IMG/VR virus record: IMGVR_UViG_3300050343_000163
Strand: one strand, 5' to 3'
Origin: a virus
DNA length: 64,000 nt
In this document: positions 1 to 8,258 of the stretch, piece after piece
Layout of the letters: every line of letters begins with the position of its first letter
How positions within the stretch are numbered: position 1 is the first letter of the stretch
Notes under the pieces: model-generated
Seen by the model: only the letters and a program-made list of their open reading frames with translations
What the model was told of the DNA's origin: nothing
Databases searched by the model: none
Position numbers and translations under genes: made by a program

Positions 1-492
1 TCCACCTGTGGTTCCAGCACTAGTGTTTGTTTTCAACAAAGAAGATCCTTGATAACTTTGGATCTCTACATCACCAGCAGCACGTAAAAGGATTGCACCT
101 CCAGTAAATGTATTCTGGAATGTTATGTCATTTGTTCCACTAGGAAGGATGGTTTGAGATGTACCACCAATATCAAGTCGTCCAACCTGAACTGTATTTG
201 TTGTAGTAGCACCTCTACCAGTTACAGTATCAAGAGTGTCTGCTTCTGCTGTTAGGTAACCAGAAAGATTAGGAGGAGTGTAAGTAAATACACCATTACT
301 ATTGTTATATGAAAGAGATGTGCTACCTGCAGATGCATTGGTAACACTAAACAAAGTTCTGTCAGTTGCACTAGCACCAGCTCCTGCTGCTTCCCACGAC
401 GATCCATTCCATACGTAAATAATACCCGCTACGTTATAGGTGTATGAACCGTCAGTTGCCTGCCCTGCTGTTGAGGGAAAATTGATTGCCAT
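1..492 (-). CDS. Fibre/virion structural protein, N-terminal part (runs off window start)
   Basis: ATG at 492 reads MAINFPSTAGQATDGSYTYNVAGIIYVWNGSSWEAAG. Contains the AEADTLDTVTGRGATT repeat shared with the neighbouring fibre. Late-promoter-like CTAAATA at 516-522. Not in the ORF track because it is partial. Confidence 0.75.
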   Translation of the reverse strand, partial: MAINFPSTAGQATDGSYTYNVAGIIYVWNGSSWEAAGAGASATDRTLFSVTNASAGSTSLSYNNSNGVFTYTPPNLSGYLTAEADTLDTVTGRGATTTNTVQVGRLDIGGTSQTILPSGTNDITFQNTFTGGAILLRAAGDVEIQSYQGSSLLKTNTSAGTTGG

Positions 493-524
493 TTCTTATG
501 ATGCTCCTTCCGTATTATTTAGAA

Positions 525-2681
525 TTACCATGTTGTAAGTGCTGCTCTCTTCCAAGTATTATTAGAGATGCAGATGTAAACATAACCAGAATCATATCTA
601 ATGTCACCAGGAGTTCCAGTATCTGTAGCAGAAGATGGAGCAGATGAAGATGCAATTCTATCTTGAGTTAGTGGTGGATTAGTGTCAACCCATTGCGTCG
701 TATCAGTATCCTGATAATAAATCTTGAGGCGACCAGTATCACTCTCCCACCATAAATCACCAGCGGTTGCAGCAGGTGGTGTGTCAGAGATAGTAACACT
801 AGCTCCACTTCCTCCACCACCAGTAGTGACAGATCCATCTGCCATCAAATACTCAGATGATGTACCACCACTCTTGACAAAAGAACCTGAAGTGAGAGCA
901 CCAGTGACTGTTACGCCAGTGGAACTAGTCTCTAATTTTTTCAAGGATTGATAATATAATCCCGCAGTTCCAGTTGAACTACCTACGAAAGTAATATGCG
1001 AACCACCCGTACCACCAGAATACAATCCAAGTGTAGTGCGAGCAGCAATGTTTAGACCACCACCACCAGTGCCACCGTTGTTGTCAATATTTCTAATATA
1101 TGCTTCATTACCTGAAGCAAAAATTTTGAGGTAATTGTCATTCCCAGCAGAAATATTTAAATCTCCACCGTTGGAAACATCACCTATCGTGATCGCATTA
1201 TTAGTTTGAGCACCTCTACCTGTTACAGTAGCAAGTGTATCAGTTTCAGAACTGATGTAGTTAGGTGTCCAGTTTACCCAGTTAGTACCATTGTATTGTA
1301 GTAGTTGACCATTAGATGCACCAGTGATGTTGACATCAGTGTGATTAGAAACTGCACCATATCCAACTAGGTAACCTTGCGATCCATGATTACCCCATGC
1401 ATATGCAGAGTTCCAATTAGTAATTTGTGCAGAAGTTACTGCTGCTGCATCAGAAGCAAGGAATACAGGGTCAGTTTCTGTTGTTAGATAGCTAGAGAGA
1501 TCAGGTGGTGTGAAAGTAAATGCACCACTACCAGAGTTATAAGAAAGAGATCCACCACCAGATGCAGTTGCAGTTGAAGCAGAAAGATCTGTTAGTGCAA
1601 GACCACCTCCACCACCACCAGTGAGATCATTAGCTGCTTTCCATGAACCAGAAGATTGTTCCCACTTAAGAACTTGACCATCAGTAGGTGCAACAGTAAG
1701 GTCTACATCACCAAGATCTGCCATGGAAGAATTGACATCTAGCAATTCAGTCCAAGCACCAGCATGTGCAAAGTATCCTTTACCTGTACCATGTACATGT
1801 GCAAACATACCATGATAAGTAGATGCACCAGGAAGATCTCCTAGGGTATCATAGTTGTTAGCATATAATATTTTGCCAGTAGTAGTTAAATTACCACTAC
1901 CCATTTCAATAGAACCATTAATGGTTACACCACCAGCGGTAGTTTGAAGTCTTACAACTGCATTGTCTCCTGCATTTGTAGTGTGAGAAAGATTTACACC
2001 ACCACCTTCAGTTATTCCACCAATAATGTTGACATCAGTAACGCTCTTAATATCAAAATCACTGAACGTATTGAGATGTTGTAATGTAGATTTGTGTGTA
2101 GCATTAGTGTGGAAGAGTTGAACATCATTAGAAGATCCAGAAGAAAGAGTTCCACCTCTTACACCACCATTAGCAATAATTTTAGTAGAAGTAGTAGCAC
2201 CTCTACCAATTACAGTATCAAGAGTGTCTGCTTCTGCTGTTATATATCCAGCATTAGCATGATTACCCCACCCATATGCTGTGTCCCAGTTAGGAGAAAT
2301 AGATGCTGGAGTAAATGTAAACTCACCATTCGCACCATTATATGAAAGACTACCACCACCAGAAGCAGCTGCTGTGGTTACACTAGGCAGTGGAGGAACA
2401 GAGGGTTTGTTAAGAATAACTGCAACACCACCACTAGCATTCCAATCTGAGTTTACCTGTGCTGCAGGAATACTAGGTCTGTTAGTTAGACTATTATAAC
2501 TTCCATCAAAAGGTGTTACCCAAGCGATAGAAGATCCAGTTGTGCTGAGGATTTGTCCCGAACTTCCTGCACTACCTGCTGCTTGAATGGGTTTACCAGC
2601 AGGAATATTAAGACCTTCCTTAAGATCTATAGGCGCATTATCACCATAATTGGCGATTTCATTTGCAAGAATTTTTGACAT
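525..2681 (-). CDS. Tail-fibre-like Gly/Ser/Thr-rich protein (718 aa)
   Basis: Repeated modules (ETDTLATVTGRGA, W.TAYGWGNHA..GY, ASGGGSLSYN..G.FTFTP), a YHGMFAHVH domain and C-terminal GDLWWESDTGRLKIYY and GDIRYDSGYVYIC motifs typical of cyanomyovirus fibres. Confidence 0.75.
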   Translation of the reverse strand: MSKILANEIANYGDNAPIDLKEGLNIPAGKPIQAAGSAGSSGQILSTTGSSIAWVTPFDGSYNSLTNRPSIPAAQVNSDWNASGGVAVILNKPSVPPLPSVTTAAASGGGSLSYNGANGEFTFTPASISPNWDTAYGWGNHANAGYITAEADTLDTVIGRGATTSTKIIANGGVRGGTLSSGSSNDVQLFHTNATHKSTLQHLNTFSDFDIKSVTDVNIIGGITEGGGVNLSHTTNAGDNAVVRLQTTAGGVTINGSIEMGSGNLTTTGKILYANNYDTLGDLPGASTYHGMFAHVHGTGKGYFAHAGAWTELLDVNSSMADLGDVDLTVAPTDGQVLKWEQSSGSWKAANDLTGGGGGGLALTDLSASTATASGGGSLSYNSGSGAFTFTPPDLSSYLTTETDPVFLASDAAAVTSAQITNWNSAYAWGNHGSQGYLVGYGAVSNHTDVNITGASNGQLLQYNGTNWVNWTPNYISSETDTLATVTGRGAQTNNAITIGDVSNGGDLNISAGNDNYLKIFASGNEAYIRNIDNNGGTGGGGLNIAARTTLGLYSGGTGGSHITFVGSSTGTAGLYYQSLKKLETSSTGVTVTGALTSGSFVKSGGTSSEYLMADGSVTTGGGGSGASVTISDTPPAATAGDLWWESDTGRLKIYYQDTDTTQWVDTNPPLTQDRIASSSAPSSATDTGTPGDIRYDSGYVYICISNNTWKRAALTTW

Positions 2682-2718
2682 ACTTCCAGTCCTGAAGACA
2701 GTTACACTAAGCTAGAAG

Positions 2719-2726
2719 TATTTATC
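2719..2726 (-). promoter_or_regulatory. T4-type late promoter (GATAAATA) for the fibre gene
   Basis: TAAATA core 38 nt upstream of ATG 2681. gp55 is encoded in this window. Confidence 0.7.
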
Positions 2727-3297
2727 TAAATGGAGGACCGCCGTACCACCCAACTAATGATTTTCTACTGCCAGAGTTAATCCGTCTAACTCTATGCATA
2801 CAATCTGAGGGAAATATAATAGCATCGCCACAATCCATTTTAAAACTAAACATTTTTCTACCAACATACAGTTCAAACTCTCCACCTTCATACTCTTCTT
2901 TAGGAGAGAGACACATGCTGATACTTAATTTTCTTATATGATTAATTGGTTGCTCATAGAGTGCTGGAGAAATGTCAGTGTGCCAATGATAATGTGATTC
3001 TTTTGTATCATACACACATAGGTGAATAAAATCCGCCCAGTTATGAAGATCGAAATGAAACAAATTTGTATTGGCACAATTGACAAAATGCGAGAGCATT
3101 CCTGATACCCAATGATCTGAAGGGATGCCTTGGGTCAGGCAGTTCCTAATAGTCTTATTACTTTCTCCTGAATCTTTACCAGATTCAGTAACTCTAGCTT
3201 CCTCTAGTTTTAGTTTAGATAATTGATTAACAATAACTTCACTAACAGAACTATCGACTGCTGTAGGTAAGTAATAATAATTAAGAACTTTGCTCAT
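2722..3297 (-). CDS. 2OG-Fe(II) oxygenase (PKHD/prolyl-hydroxylase-like)
   Basis: HWHTD, EYEGGEF, HRV and RKSLVGW motifs. Start taken at MSKVLN (3297). Confidence 0.85.
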   Translation of the reverse strand: MSKVLNYYYLPTAVDSSVSEVIVNQLSKLKLEEARVTESGKDSGESNKTIRNCLTQGIPSDHWVSGMLSHFVNCANTNLFHFDLHNWADFIHLCVYDTKESHYHWHTDISPALYEQPINHIRKLSISMCLSPKEEYEGGEFELYVGRKMFSFKMDCGDAIIFPSDCMHRVRRINSGSRKSLVGWYGGPPFR

Positions 3298-3388
3298 AGG
3301 TCTACCATGCACGCCACCTGTTTTAGTTTAGATGCAAAACAGGAAATCATCCACACGGAAGGGGTCTTTGGATCCACCAGAATAAGTT
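3298..3388 (-). ncRNA. Probable wcaG-type structured RNA (cis-regulatory candidate)
   Basis: Intergenic leader with two UGGYG motifs (3375-3379, 3312-3316) flanking a CCUGUUUU/AAAACAGG stem (3317-3343). This matches my recollection of the cyanophage wcaG RNA motif; not verified by a covariance search. Confidence 0.5.
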
Positions 3389-3757
3389 TTAAGTCGTTTC
3401 GGGACTATCAATATCACCAAAAGTAACAACATCACCACTATAATTTCCAATCTTAATCGGGAAATCAAGAACATTATCAATACGATCCAGATCTTTTCCT
3501 GGTTTTACATTAGTAATGTATGGTGATGTAAGATCAAACATGGATGACGAATAGTTAGGATCGTTTAAACGATCATAATAACTATCACTGTCATCAGTAA
3601 AGCGAATAGTATTACTCACTTTCTTTTGCAAACCACGAACCGAATTGAGTTGTTCAAACAGTTCTGTAAGGTATGCATCTTCACCCTCTGCGAGAGCGTT
3701 GATCAATGCCTGACGAATAGCTTCTTCTGCTTTTTCTAATTGTGATGTAACGCTCAT
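3389..3757 (-). CDS. Hypothetical protein
   Basis: 122 aa ORF with GAGG SD, on the coding strand of the region. Confidence 0.7.
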   Translation of the reverse strand: MSVTSQLEKAEEAIRQALINALAEGEDAYLTELFEQLNSVRGLQKKVSNTIRFTDDSDSYYDRLNDPNYSSSMFDLTSPYITNVKPGKDLDRIDNVLDFPIKIGNYSGDVVTFGDIDSPETT

Positions 3758-3766
3758 AGTAACCTC

Positions 3767-4009
3767 TTAAGTAGTAACACGATCTCTGACATAACAAGGT
3801 ACACCTTCTGGATCTAACCATTTGGTGTACTCAAAATCTTCCAAAACATAATCCAGTTGAATGGAGTTATCAAGCAAGTACATATCAAAGTACCGCTTTT
3901 TCCACTCATGATATTTTTGGATACGGTAGTCAGGTTTACCGTTGATCTCTAGCGTACCGCACTGGACATAGCGGTAGGGATATCGCTCAAGAATAACAGT
4001 TGGTTTCAT
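3767..4009 (-). CDS. Conserved cyanophage hypothetical protein
   Basis: MKPTVILERYPYRYVQCG...; start 4009 overlaps the upstream TGA (ATGA coupling). Confidence 0.7.
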   Translation of the reverse strand: MKPTVILERYPYRYVQCGTLEINGKPDYRIQKYHEWKKRYFDMYLLDNSIQLDYVLEDFEYTKWLDPEGVPCYVRDRVTT

Positions 4010-5046
4010 AGGACGAAAGTGACGAGTGCTGCGTATGCAATAAGTATAGCACACAATCGAGACAAGACAACGTAGTATTTCCGAATTGGTGTACCGAAAT
4101 ACTGCTGTCCAATCATGAGACACTTGTGTGCAGGTGAGATCAGGTAACCAGAATACTCAGTGCAGAGGAACCACACGAGATACTGAGGACCGAAGATCGA
4201 TACTAGCACAGAAGTCATGCCAGCATACTTGCCAGATGAACCCATGATGTAAGCAGCAACCATAGCTACTAGAGAAGCAGGAATAAGCATTCCAGGAGTT
4301 GCTGCATTGAGATAGTCCATGACAGGTCCTTTGACCAGTCCAACCACACCACCAAGAGCAAGGACAATAGTTGCAATAATAGCAAACTTACCATCCAACC
4401 ATCTACCCCACTTCCAATCCTTATATACAATCGAATAATAAATTGACATACCAAGGAACCAAGGGAAGAAGAATGGTGCTCCTGCTTTTCCTGTATTGAG
4501 TAGCAAGATAACAGTAGCAATCAGTGGTGCCCAACCAGTTAATGCACGACGCCAGTTAAAGTCTCGTACATATTCTAGGTTAGGAACAACAGACGAAGCT
4601 GGAACCTTAGTAAAGATATACCACCATGTGTATGTCAAGGTGATAATCAAAGGAACGATAGTATATCCTAGGAATGTTCCATAAGATACACCCATCACTG
4701 CCATTGGCAAGACAACCGTCTTCTCTAATGGCGACCACCAATAGTAATGGTGAACAGATAGATAATCAATCACACCAAAGTCAGAACGCCTCTGTTTATC
4801 AGGTGGTGCAATAGCATCTAGGAGTGGTGCTGATAGAGCAACACGTCCTGGAATAGGAAGTATACCACCTAACAGTGAGGTTATAATAACAAGGACACGA
4901 TTGTCCTTGATGTATTTCTTAGCTAACGAATAAACATCTTCTAGAGCACTATGTTCTCGGATGAATCCACCCAAGATCATGATGCCAAAGATGTACCCCA
5001 TGTAGAGTTCATTCGTAGCAATAGATTCTAATGTTTTAACTAGCAT
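4006..5046 (-). CDS. Multi-pass membrane protein, DUF401 / ion-transporter (IT) superfamily-like
   Basis: Many hydrophobic segments. GILPIPGRVALSAPLL, HHYYWWSPL and GYLISPAHKCL...YF resemble DUF401 signature segments. Confidence 0.6.
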   Translation of the reverse strand: MLVKTLESIATNELYMGYIFGIMILGGFIREHSALEDVYSLAKKYIKDNRVLVIITSLLGGILPIPGRVALSAPLLDAIAPPDKQRRSDFGVIDYLSVHHYYWWSPLEKTVVLPMAVMGVSYGTFLGYTIVPLIITLTYTWWYIFTKVPASSVVPNLEYVRDFNWRRALTGWAPLIATVILLLNTGKAGAPFFFPWFLGMSIYYSIVYKDWKWGRWLDGKFAIIATIVLALGGVVGLVKGPVMDYLNAATPGMLIPASLVAMVAAYIMGSSGKYAGMTSVLVSIFGPQYLVWFLCTEYSGYLISPAHKCLMIGQQYFGTPIRKYYVVLSRLCAILIAYAALVTFVL

Positions 5047-5251
5047 CGTCGTGTGTTGTCATCATGTTTTCCCAATCTTTATCAGTAACCTGATCTGTTA
5101 GTTCTTTGTATTCATCAGCAGGGACTGCCATGACAGCAGTTCCATCTGGTTTACGAACTATAAAGGATTCACCTGCTTCAATGCGATCCATATATGCATC
5201 GAATTCTTTTTCAAATTCAGCAAACGGAACTTCAATTATATTTGACAACAA
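5036..5251 (-). CDS. Phd/YefM-like antitoxin-fold small protein
   Basis: EFEKEFDAYMDRIEAGESFIVRKPDGTAVMAVPADEY follows the Phd pattern, with an acidic C-terminal tail. Confidence 0.55.
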   Translation of the reverse strand: MLSNIIEVPFAEFEKEFDAYMDRIEAGESFIVRKPDGTAVMAVPADEYKELTDQVTDKDWENMMTTHDDAS

Positions 5252-5478
5252 ATTTTCTCCTTTTGCATATGTTTAATAGATTCCTGACACCCACCTAGAT
5301 GAAGATCATCTAGAGTGACTTGTGGAAAGGTTGATCCCTCACCAAATTTAGCATAGAATTCTTCTTTTGTAAAGTCACGATTAAGTTCATATGATACGTG
5401 TTGGAGTTCTTCAATCTCCATCACTTTTTTCATCTTTACGCAATATGGACAACCAGATTTTGAATAGATTATAATCAT
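5236..5478 (-). CDS. grx: Glutaredoxin
   Basis: IYSKSGCPYC active site and TFPQV motif. Confidence 0.9.
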   Translation of the reverse strand: MIIIYSKSGCPYCVKMKKVMEIEELQHVSYELNRDFTKEEFYAKFGEGSTFPQVTLDDLHLGGCQESIKHMQKEKICCQI

Positions 5479-6122
5479 TTTTGTAGTTGTTTAAAGTCTT
5501 CTTCAAAAATTGCTAGACCAGAATCGGTCAACACATGGTTATACATTTTATCAAACACAGCTGGTGGCAACGTACATACGTTAGCGCCATACAGGAAGCA
5601 ACGAGAGACATGGTGAACATCTCTCAAACTAGCAGCAAGGATCTCAGTCTTTACGCCATGAGTAGAATACAGACCAGAGATAGCACGAACAAGTTCAACC
5701 CCACTGATAGAGTTATCATTCAAACGACCCACAAATGGAGAAACATATGAGGCACCTGCTTTTGCTGCCATGATTGCTTGAGCAACACTGAAGCACAAGG
5801 TAACGTTAGTTCCAATACCATCATCACTAAGAACTTTACATGCAGATAACCCATCTTTAGTGAGGGGCAATTTGATAGTAACATTTTCTCCAACCTCAAT
5901 ATATTGTTGGGCATTACGAATCATTTCCAGATCAGTATCACCCTCAACTTCAGCAGAAATACTTTCAAACTTAAATTCAGAAACAAGTGTCCTGATAAAA
6001 TCAAGGTAGTTTACACCAGACTTACGAACTAGTGTAGGATTTGTAGTGATACCATCGACTAGACCAGTCTCATAGCGTTCAGCAATAGCATTATAATCAG
6101 CAGTGTCTAGAAAAATTTGCAT
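5475..6122 (-). CDS. talC: Transaldolase (TalC/FSA family)
   Basis: FLDTAD, GITTNPTL, IKLP (Schiff-base Lys), NVTLCFS and SPFVGRL motifs. Confidence 0.95.
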   Translation of the reverse strand: MQIFLDTADYNAIAERYETGLVDGITTNPTLVRKSGVNYLDFIRTLVSEFKFESISAEVEGDTDLEMIRNAQQYIEVGENVTIKLPLTKDGLSACKVLSDDGIGTNVTLCFSVAQAIMAAKAGASYVSPFVGRLNDNSISGVELVRAISGLYSTHGVKTEILAASLRDVHHVSRCFLYGANVCTLPPAVFDKMYNHVLTDSGLAIFEEDFKQLQK

Positions 6123-6140
6123 AATAATCAAAAATGTTTT

Positions 6141-6353
6141 TTATATAGTAACTGTAGGAAGAAGCTCTTTACGAAGAAATTTTTCCTCCAGATTGTAGAA
6201 TAATTTATGTTTTGTAGTGAGTACATAATAACCAATAATGTCGGTACTGTCACAATTGTAACCATAACCTTTAACTTTCTCACAAACACCATCAATATAG
6301 AAGCATTTGTTTGTCATTAGGTATGAATGATACCGTTCATCAAGATTGATCAT
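6141..6353 (-). CDS. Hypothetical protein
   Basis: 70 aa ORF coupled to the upstream stop. Confidence 0.6.
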   Translation of the reverse strand: MINLDERYHSYLMTNKCFYIDGVCEKVKGYGYNCDSTDIIGYYVLTTKHKLFYNLEEKFLRKELLPTVTI

Positions 6354-6601
6354 TAACGTTCCTCGAATTTAATACGACGCACTTTTCTTTTACGTCGTTC
6401 CTCTTGATATTTTAGGTCATCAGATGTAAGAATCCCGTTATATTTAATACTTTCTTTATGTTTTGTAAGAACTACTTGATTTAAATCAATAGCTCCAATA
6501 TGATCATCCAAAACTCTCATCTGATTTGGACAACCACAGAACTGAATCCTGCTAGTGCTTGTCAGTTCTTTGTTGCATAGTTTGCATCTTGCCGTTAACA
6601 T
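6353..6601 (-). CDS. Hypothetical Zn-binding protein
   Basis: CKLC...CGCPN motif, GAGG SD. Confidence 0.7.
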   Translation of the reverse strand: MLTARCKLCNKELTSTSRIQFCGCPNQMRVLDDHIGAIDLNQVVLTKHKESIKYNGILTSDDLKYQEERRKRKVRRIKFEER

Positions 6602-6631
6602 TGTTAAGCATTTAACCTCTCTGTGAAGTGA

Positions 6632-6703
6632 TGGGTGAAGAGGGGATCGAACCCCCGACCGCCTCCGTGTAAAGGAGATGCTCTACCGCTGAGCTATTCA
6701 CCC
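6632..6703 (-). tRNA. tRNA-Val(TAC)
   Basis: GGGTGAATAGCTCAGCGGTAGAGC...CTCCT-TTACACG-GAGG...GGTTCGATCC...TTCACCCA cloverleaf, anticodon TAC. CCA is not encoded. Confidence 0.95.
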
Positions 6704-6706
6704 TAA

Positions 6707-6788
6707 TGTCGGTAAGAGGACTTGAACCTCCACGTCATAAGACACTAGAACCTAAACCTAGCGCGTCTACCAATTCCGCCATACCGAC
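6707..6788 (-). tRNA. tRNA-Leu(TAG)
   Basis: GTCGGTATGGCGGAATTGGTAGACGC-CTAGG-TTTAGGT-TCTAG, long variable arm, GGTTCAAGTCC. Confidence 0.95.
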
Positions 6789-6791
6789 TAA

Positions 6792-6864
6792 CGACTCAGG
6801 TTGGGGTCGAACCAACGACCGACTGCTTAGAAGGCAGTTGCTCTATCCACTGAGCTACTGAGTC
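6792..6864 (-). tRNA. tRNA-Arg(TCT)
   Basis: GACTCAGTAGCTCAGTGGATAGAGC-CTGC-CTTCTAA-GCAG...GGTTCGACCC...CTGAGTCG. Confidence 0.95.
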
Positions 6865-7405
6865 ATTTGATTATTATATCACATGAAAACGTTTTTCTCA
6901 ACGTATCACTCTTATGTTTAGAAACTCCATGAAGAACATTGGAAGGAAAAAATAATATATCTCCTGCTTTAATTTGTGGAGTCCATAGATCTGTAAAACC
7001 TAATGTTTGTCTCAATTTAAATGAGACATCTGAACTATACCTATCCCTAAAATAAAATTCCGAAAAGTTTTTTCCGTGATTTAAGAATAATACACATGAT
7101 ATATCTGAAGGGACATGATCATGTATCTCTTGGTAAGAACCTTCTTGATAACTATTTAACCATGCTTCATCAATTACAAAATTTAATTTTCTTTGAAGAG
7201 TATCTGCAAATTTATTGATGCTTGGTTGTAGTAATTCAGTATACTTATCTGTATCTAATCTTTTTGTAGATACATCACACTTAGCAGACCATGCATAATC
7301 ATTAACACCAAGTACAACTTCTCTATTTAATTCTGCTATTAATTTTTCATGATTAACTGCTTGAAATTGAGCAAAGAAGTTGTAATTAAATATCGAGTAT
7401 ATCAC
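6863..7405 (-). CDS. 2OG-Fe(II) oxygenase (TIGR02466-like)
   Basis: AWLNSY...HDH..., GDILFFPS...HGV...RKTFS pattern. Likely GTG start at 7405 coupled to the upstream TGA. Confidence 0.8.
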   Translation of the reverse strand: MIYSIFNYNFFAQFQAVNHEKLIAELNREVVLGVNDYAWSAKCDVSTKRLDTDKYTELLQPSINKFADTLQRKLNFVIDEAWLNSYQEGSYQEIHDHVPSDISCVLFLNHGKNFSEFYFRDRYSSDVSFKLRQTLGFTDLWTPQIKAGDILFFPSNVLHGVSKHKSDTLRKTFSCDIIIK

Positions 7406-7791
7406 GATTGCCAATGATAATGAAAGAAGTTACCTTTAGGATCACACATAGGATCTTCTGCAGCTACACGATAAGGCAACATACGTTGTCCTTTAAAATT
7501 AGTTCTATCTCCAATGATATTATATGCCGTAAGCATCTTATTTGTATCCAACAAACGAGTGATGGTAGAAGTCTTAGCAGATGGACGACGGTATAAGAAA
7601 CCTTCGTATTGTCCAGGAGCATATACTACATCAGCAACAGTATTAGGATACCTAGGTGATTTGACTCTATTTAGAATAGAGACTGCAACACAGTATTCAT
7701 CCATTGTATTAGTCGCTGCCTCAACTTGCACTGCTCTCGCAAGGTGGTCGTAGTCAGCAGGCGTCAACGCCAGAATCATTTCCAAAATCAA
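7402..7791 (-). CDS. Cell wall hydrolase, SleB/Hydrolase_2 family
   Basis: LARAVQVEA (catalytic Glu), VAVSILNRVKSPRYPNTVADVVYAPGQY. Confidence 0.85.
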   Translation of the reverse strand: MILEMILALTPADYDHLARAVQVEAATNTMDEYCVAVSILNRVKSPRYPNTVADVVYAPGQYEGFLYRRPSAKTSTITRLLDTNKMLTAYNIIGDRTNFKGQRMLPYRVAAEDPMCDPKGNFFHYHWQS

Positions 7792-8233
7792 AATAGTCTT
7801 TCCTGTAGTAACGTCCGAGTATGTTTGAATTATAGTAGGCAGGGGTGCCGTCTGTCAAGGCTTTTGTCAAAACGTCACAGAGGAAGAGCTGACGAGTTTC
7901 CTCATAGTTGACCCTTCCAGGTGTCCTGTGTAGGGAGAGGATTTCTCTAGCAAAAGACTCCCGTCCATACTGTTTAACATCTTCTTTAAGCTCTGGACAA
8001 CTTCCGTAGTATTTTCTCCAGTCACTTTCACTAGTAACTCTTCGCCGCTTGGTAGTTTGACCCACAGCTCTAGGCTTTCGTTTTTGCCAGAAGTATTTTC
8101 TACCGATGTAGGAACGGTTGGTGGTGCTACAGGTAATCTTGTAAACAAAACCATAGTTGTCCCCAATAAGAGACCCGTCAAAGACGCTGCCATGATAGAT
8201 CCAGGCATTCTCATATTCTTTAAATTTTTCCAC
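7754..8233 (-). CDS. GIY-YIG endonuclease (T4 endonuclease II/DenA-like)
   Basis: GFVYKIT...SYIGRK, YYGS and YNSNILG motifs. Late promoter CTAAATA at 8256-8262. Confidence 0.85.
   Translation of the reverse strand: MEKFKEYENAWIYHGSVFDGSLIGDNYGFVYKITCSTTNRSYIGRKYFWQKRKPRAVGQTTKRRRVTSESDWRKYYGSCPELKEDVKQYGRESFAREILSLHRTPGRVNYEETRQLFLCDVLTKALTDGTPAYYNSNILGRYYRKDYFDFGNDSGVDAC
7829..7858 (-). promoter_or_regulatory. Sigma70-type promoter inside the GIY-YIG gene
   Basis: TTGACA (7853-7858), 18 nt spacer, TATAAT (7829-7834), pointing at the SleB-like gene. Confidence 0.7.
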
Positions 8234-8258
8234 ATGATCATCATATCATCTCCAATAT

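Noticed and set aside
7867-8244. 125 aa alternative-frame ORF over the GIY-YIG gene, with a GGAG SD close to its ATG
   Set aside because: No recognisable motifs, while the overlapping frame has full GIY-YIG signatures. Treated as a shadow ORF, though its SD spacing leaves slight doubt about the true start.
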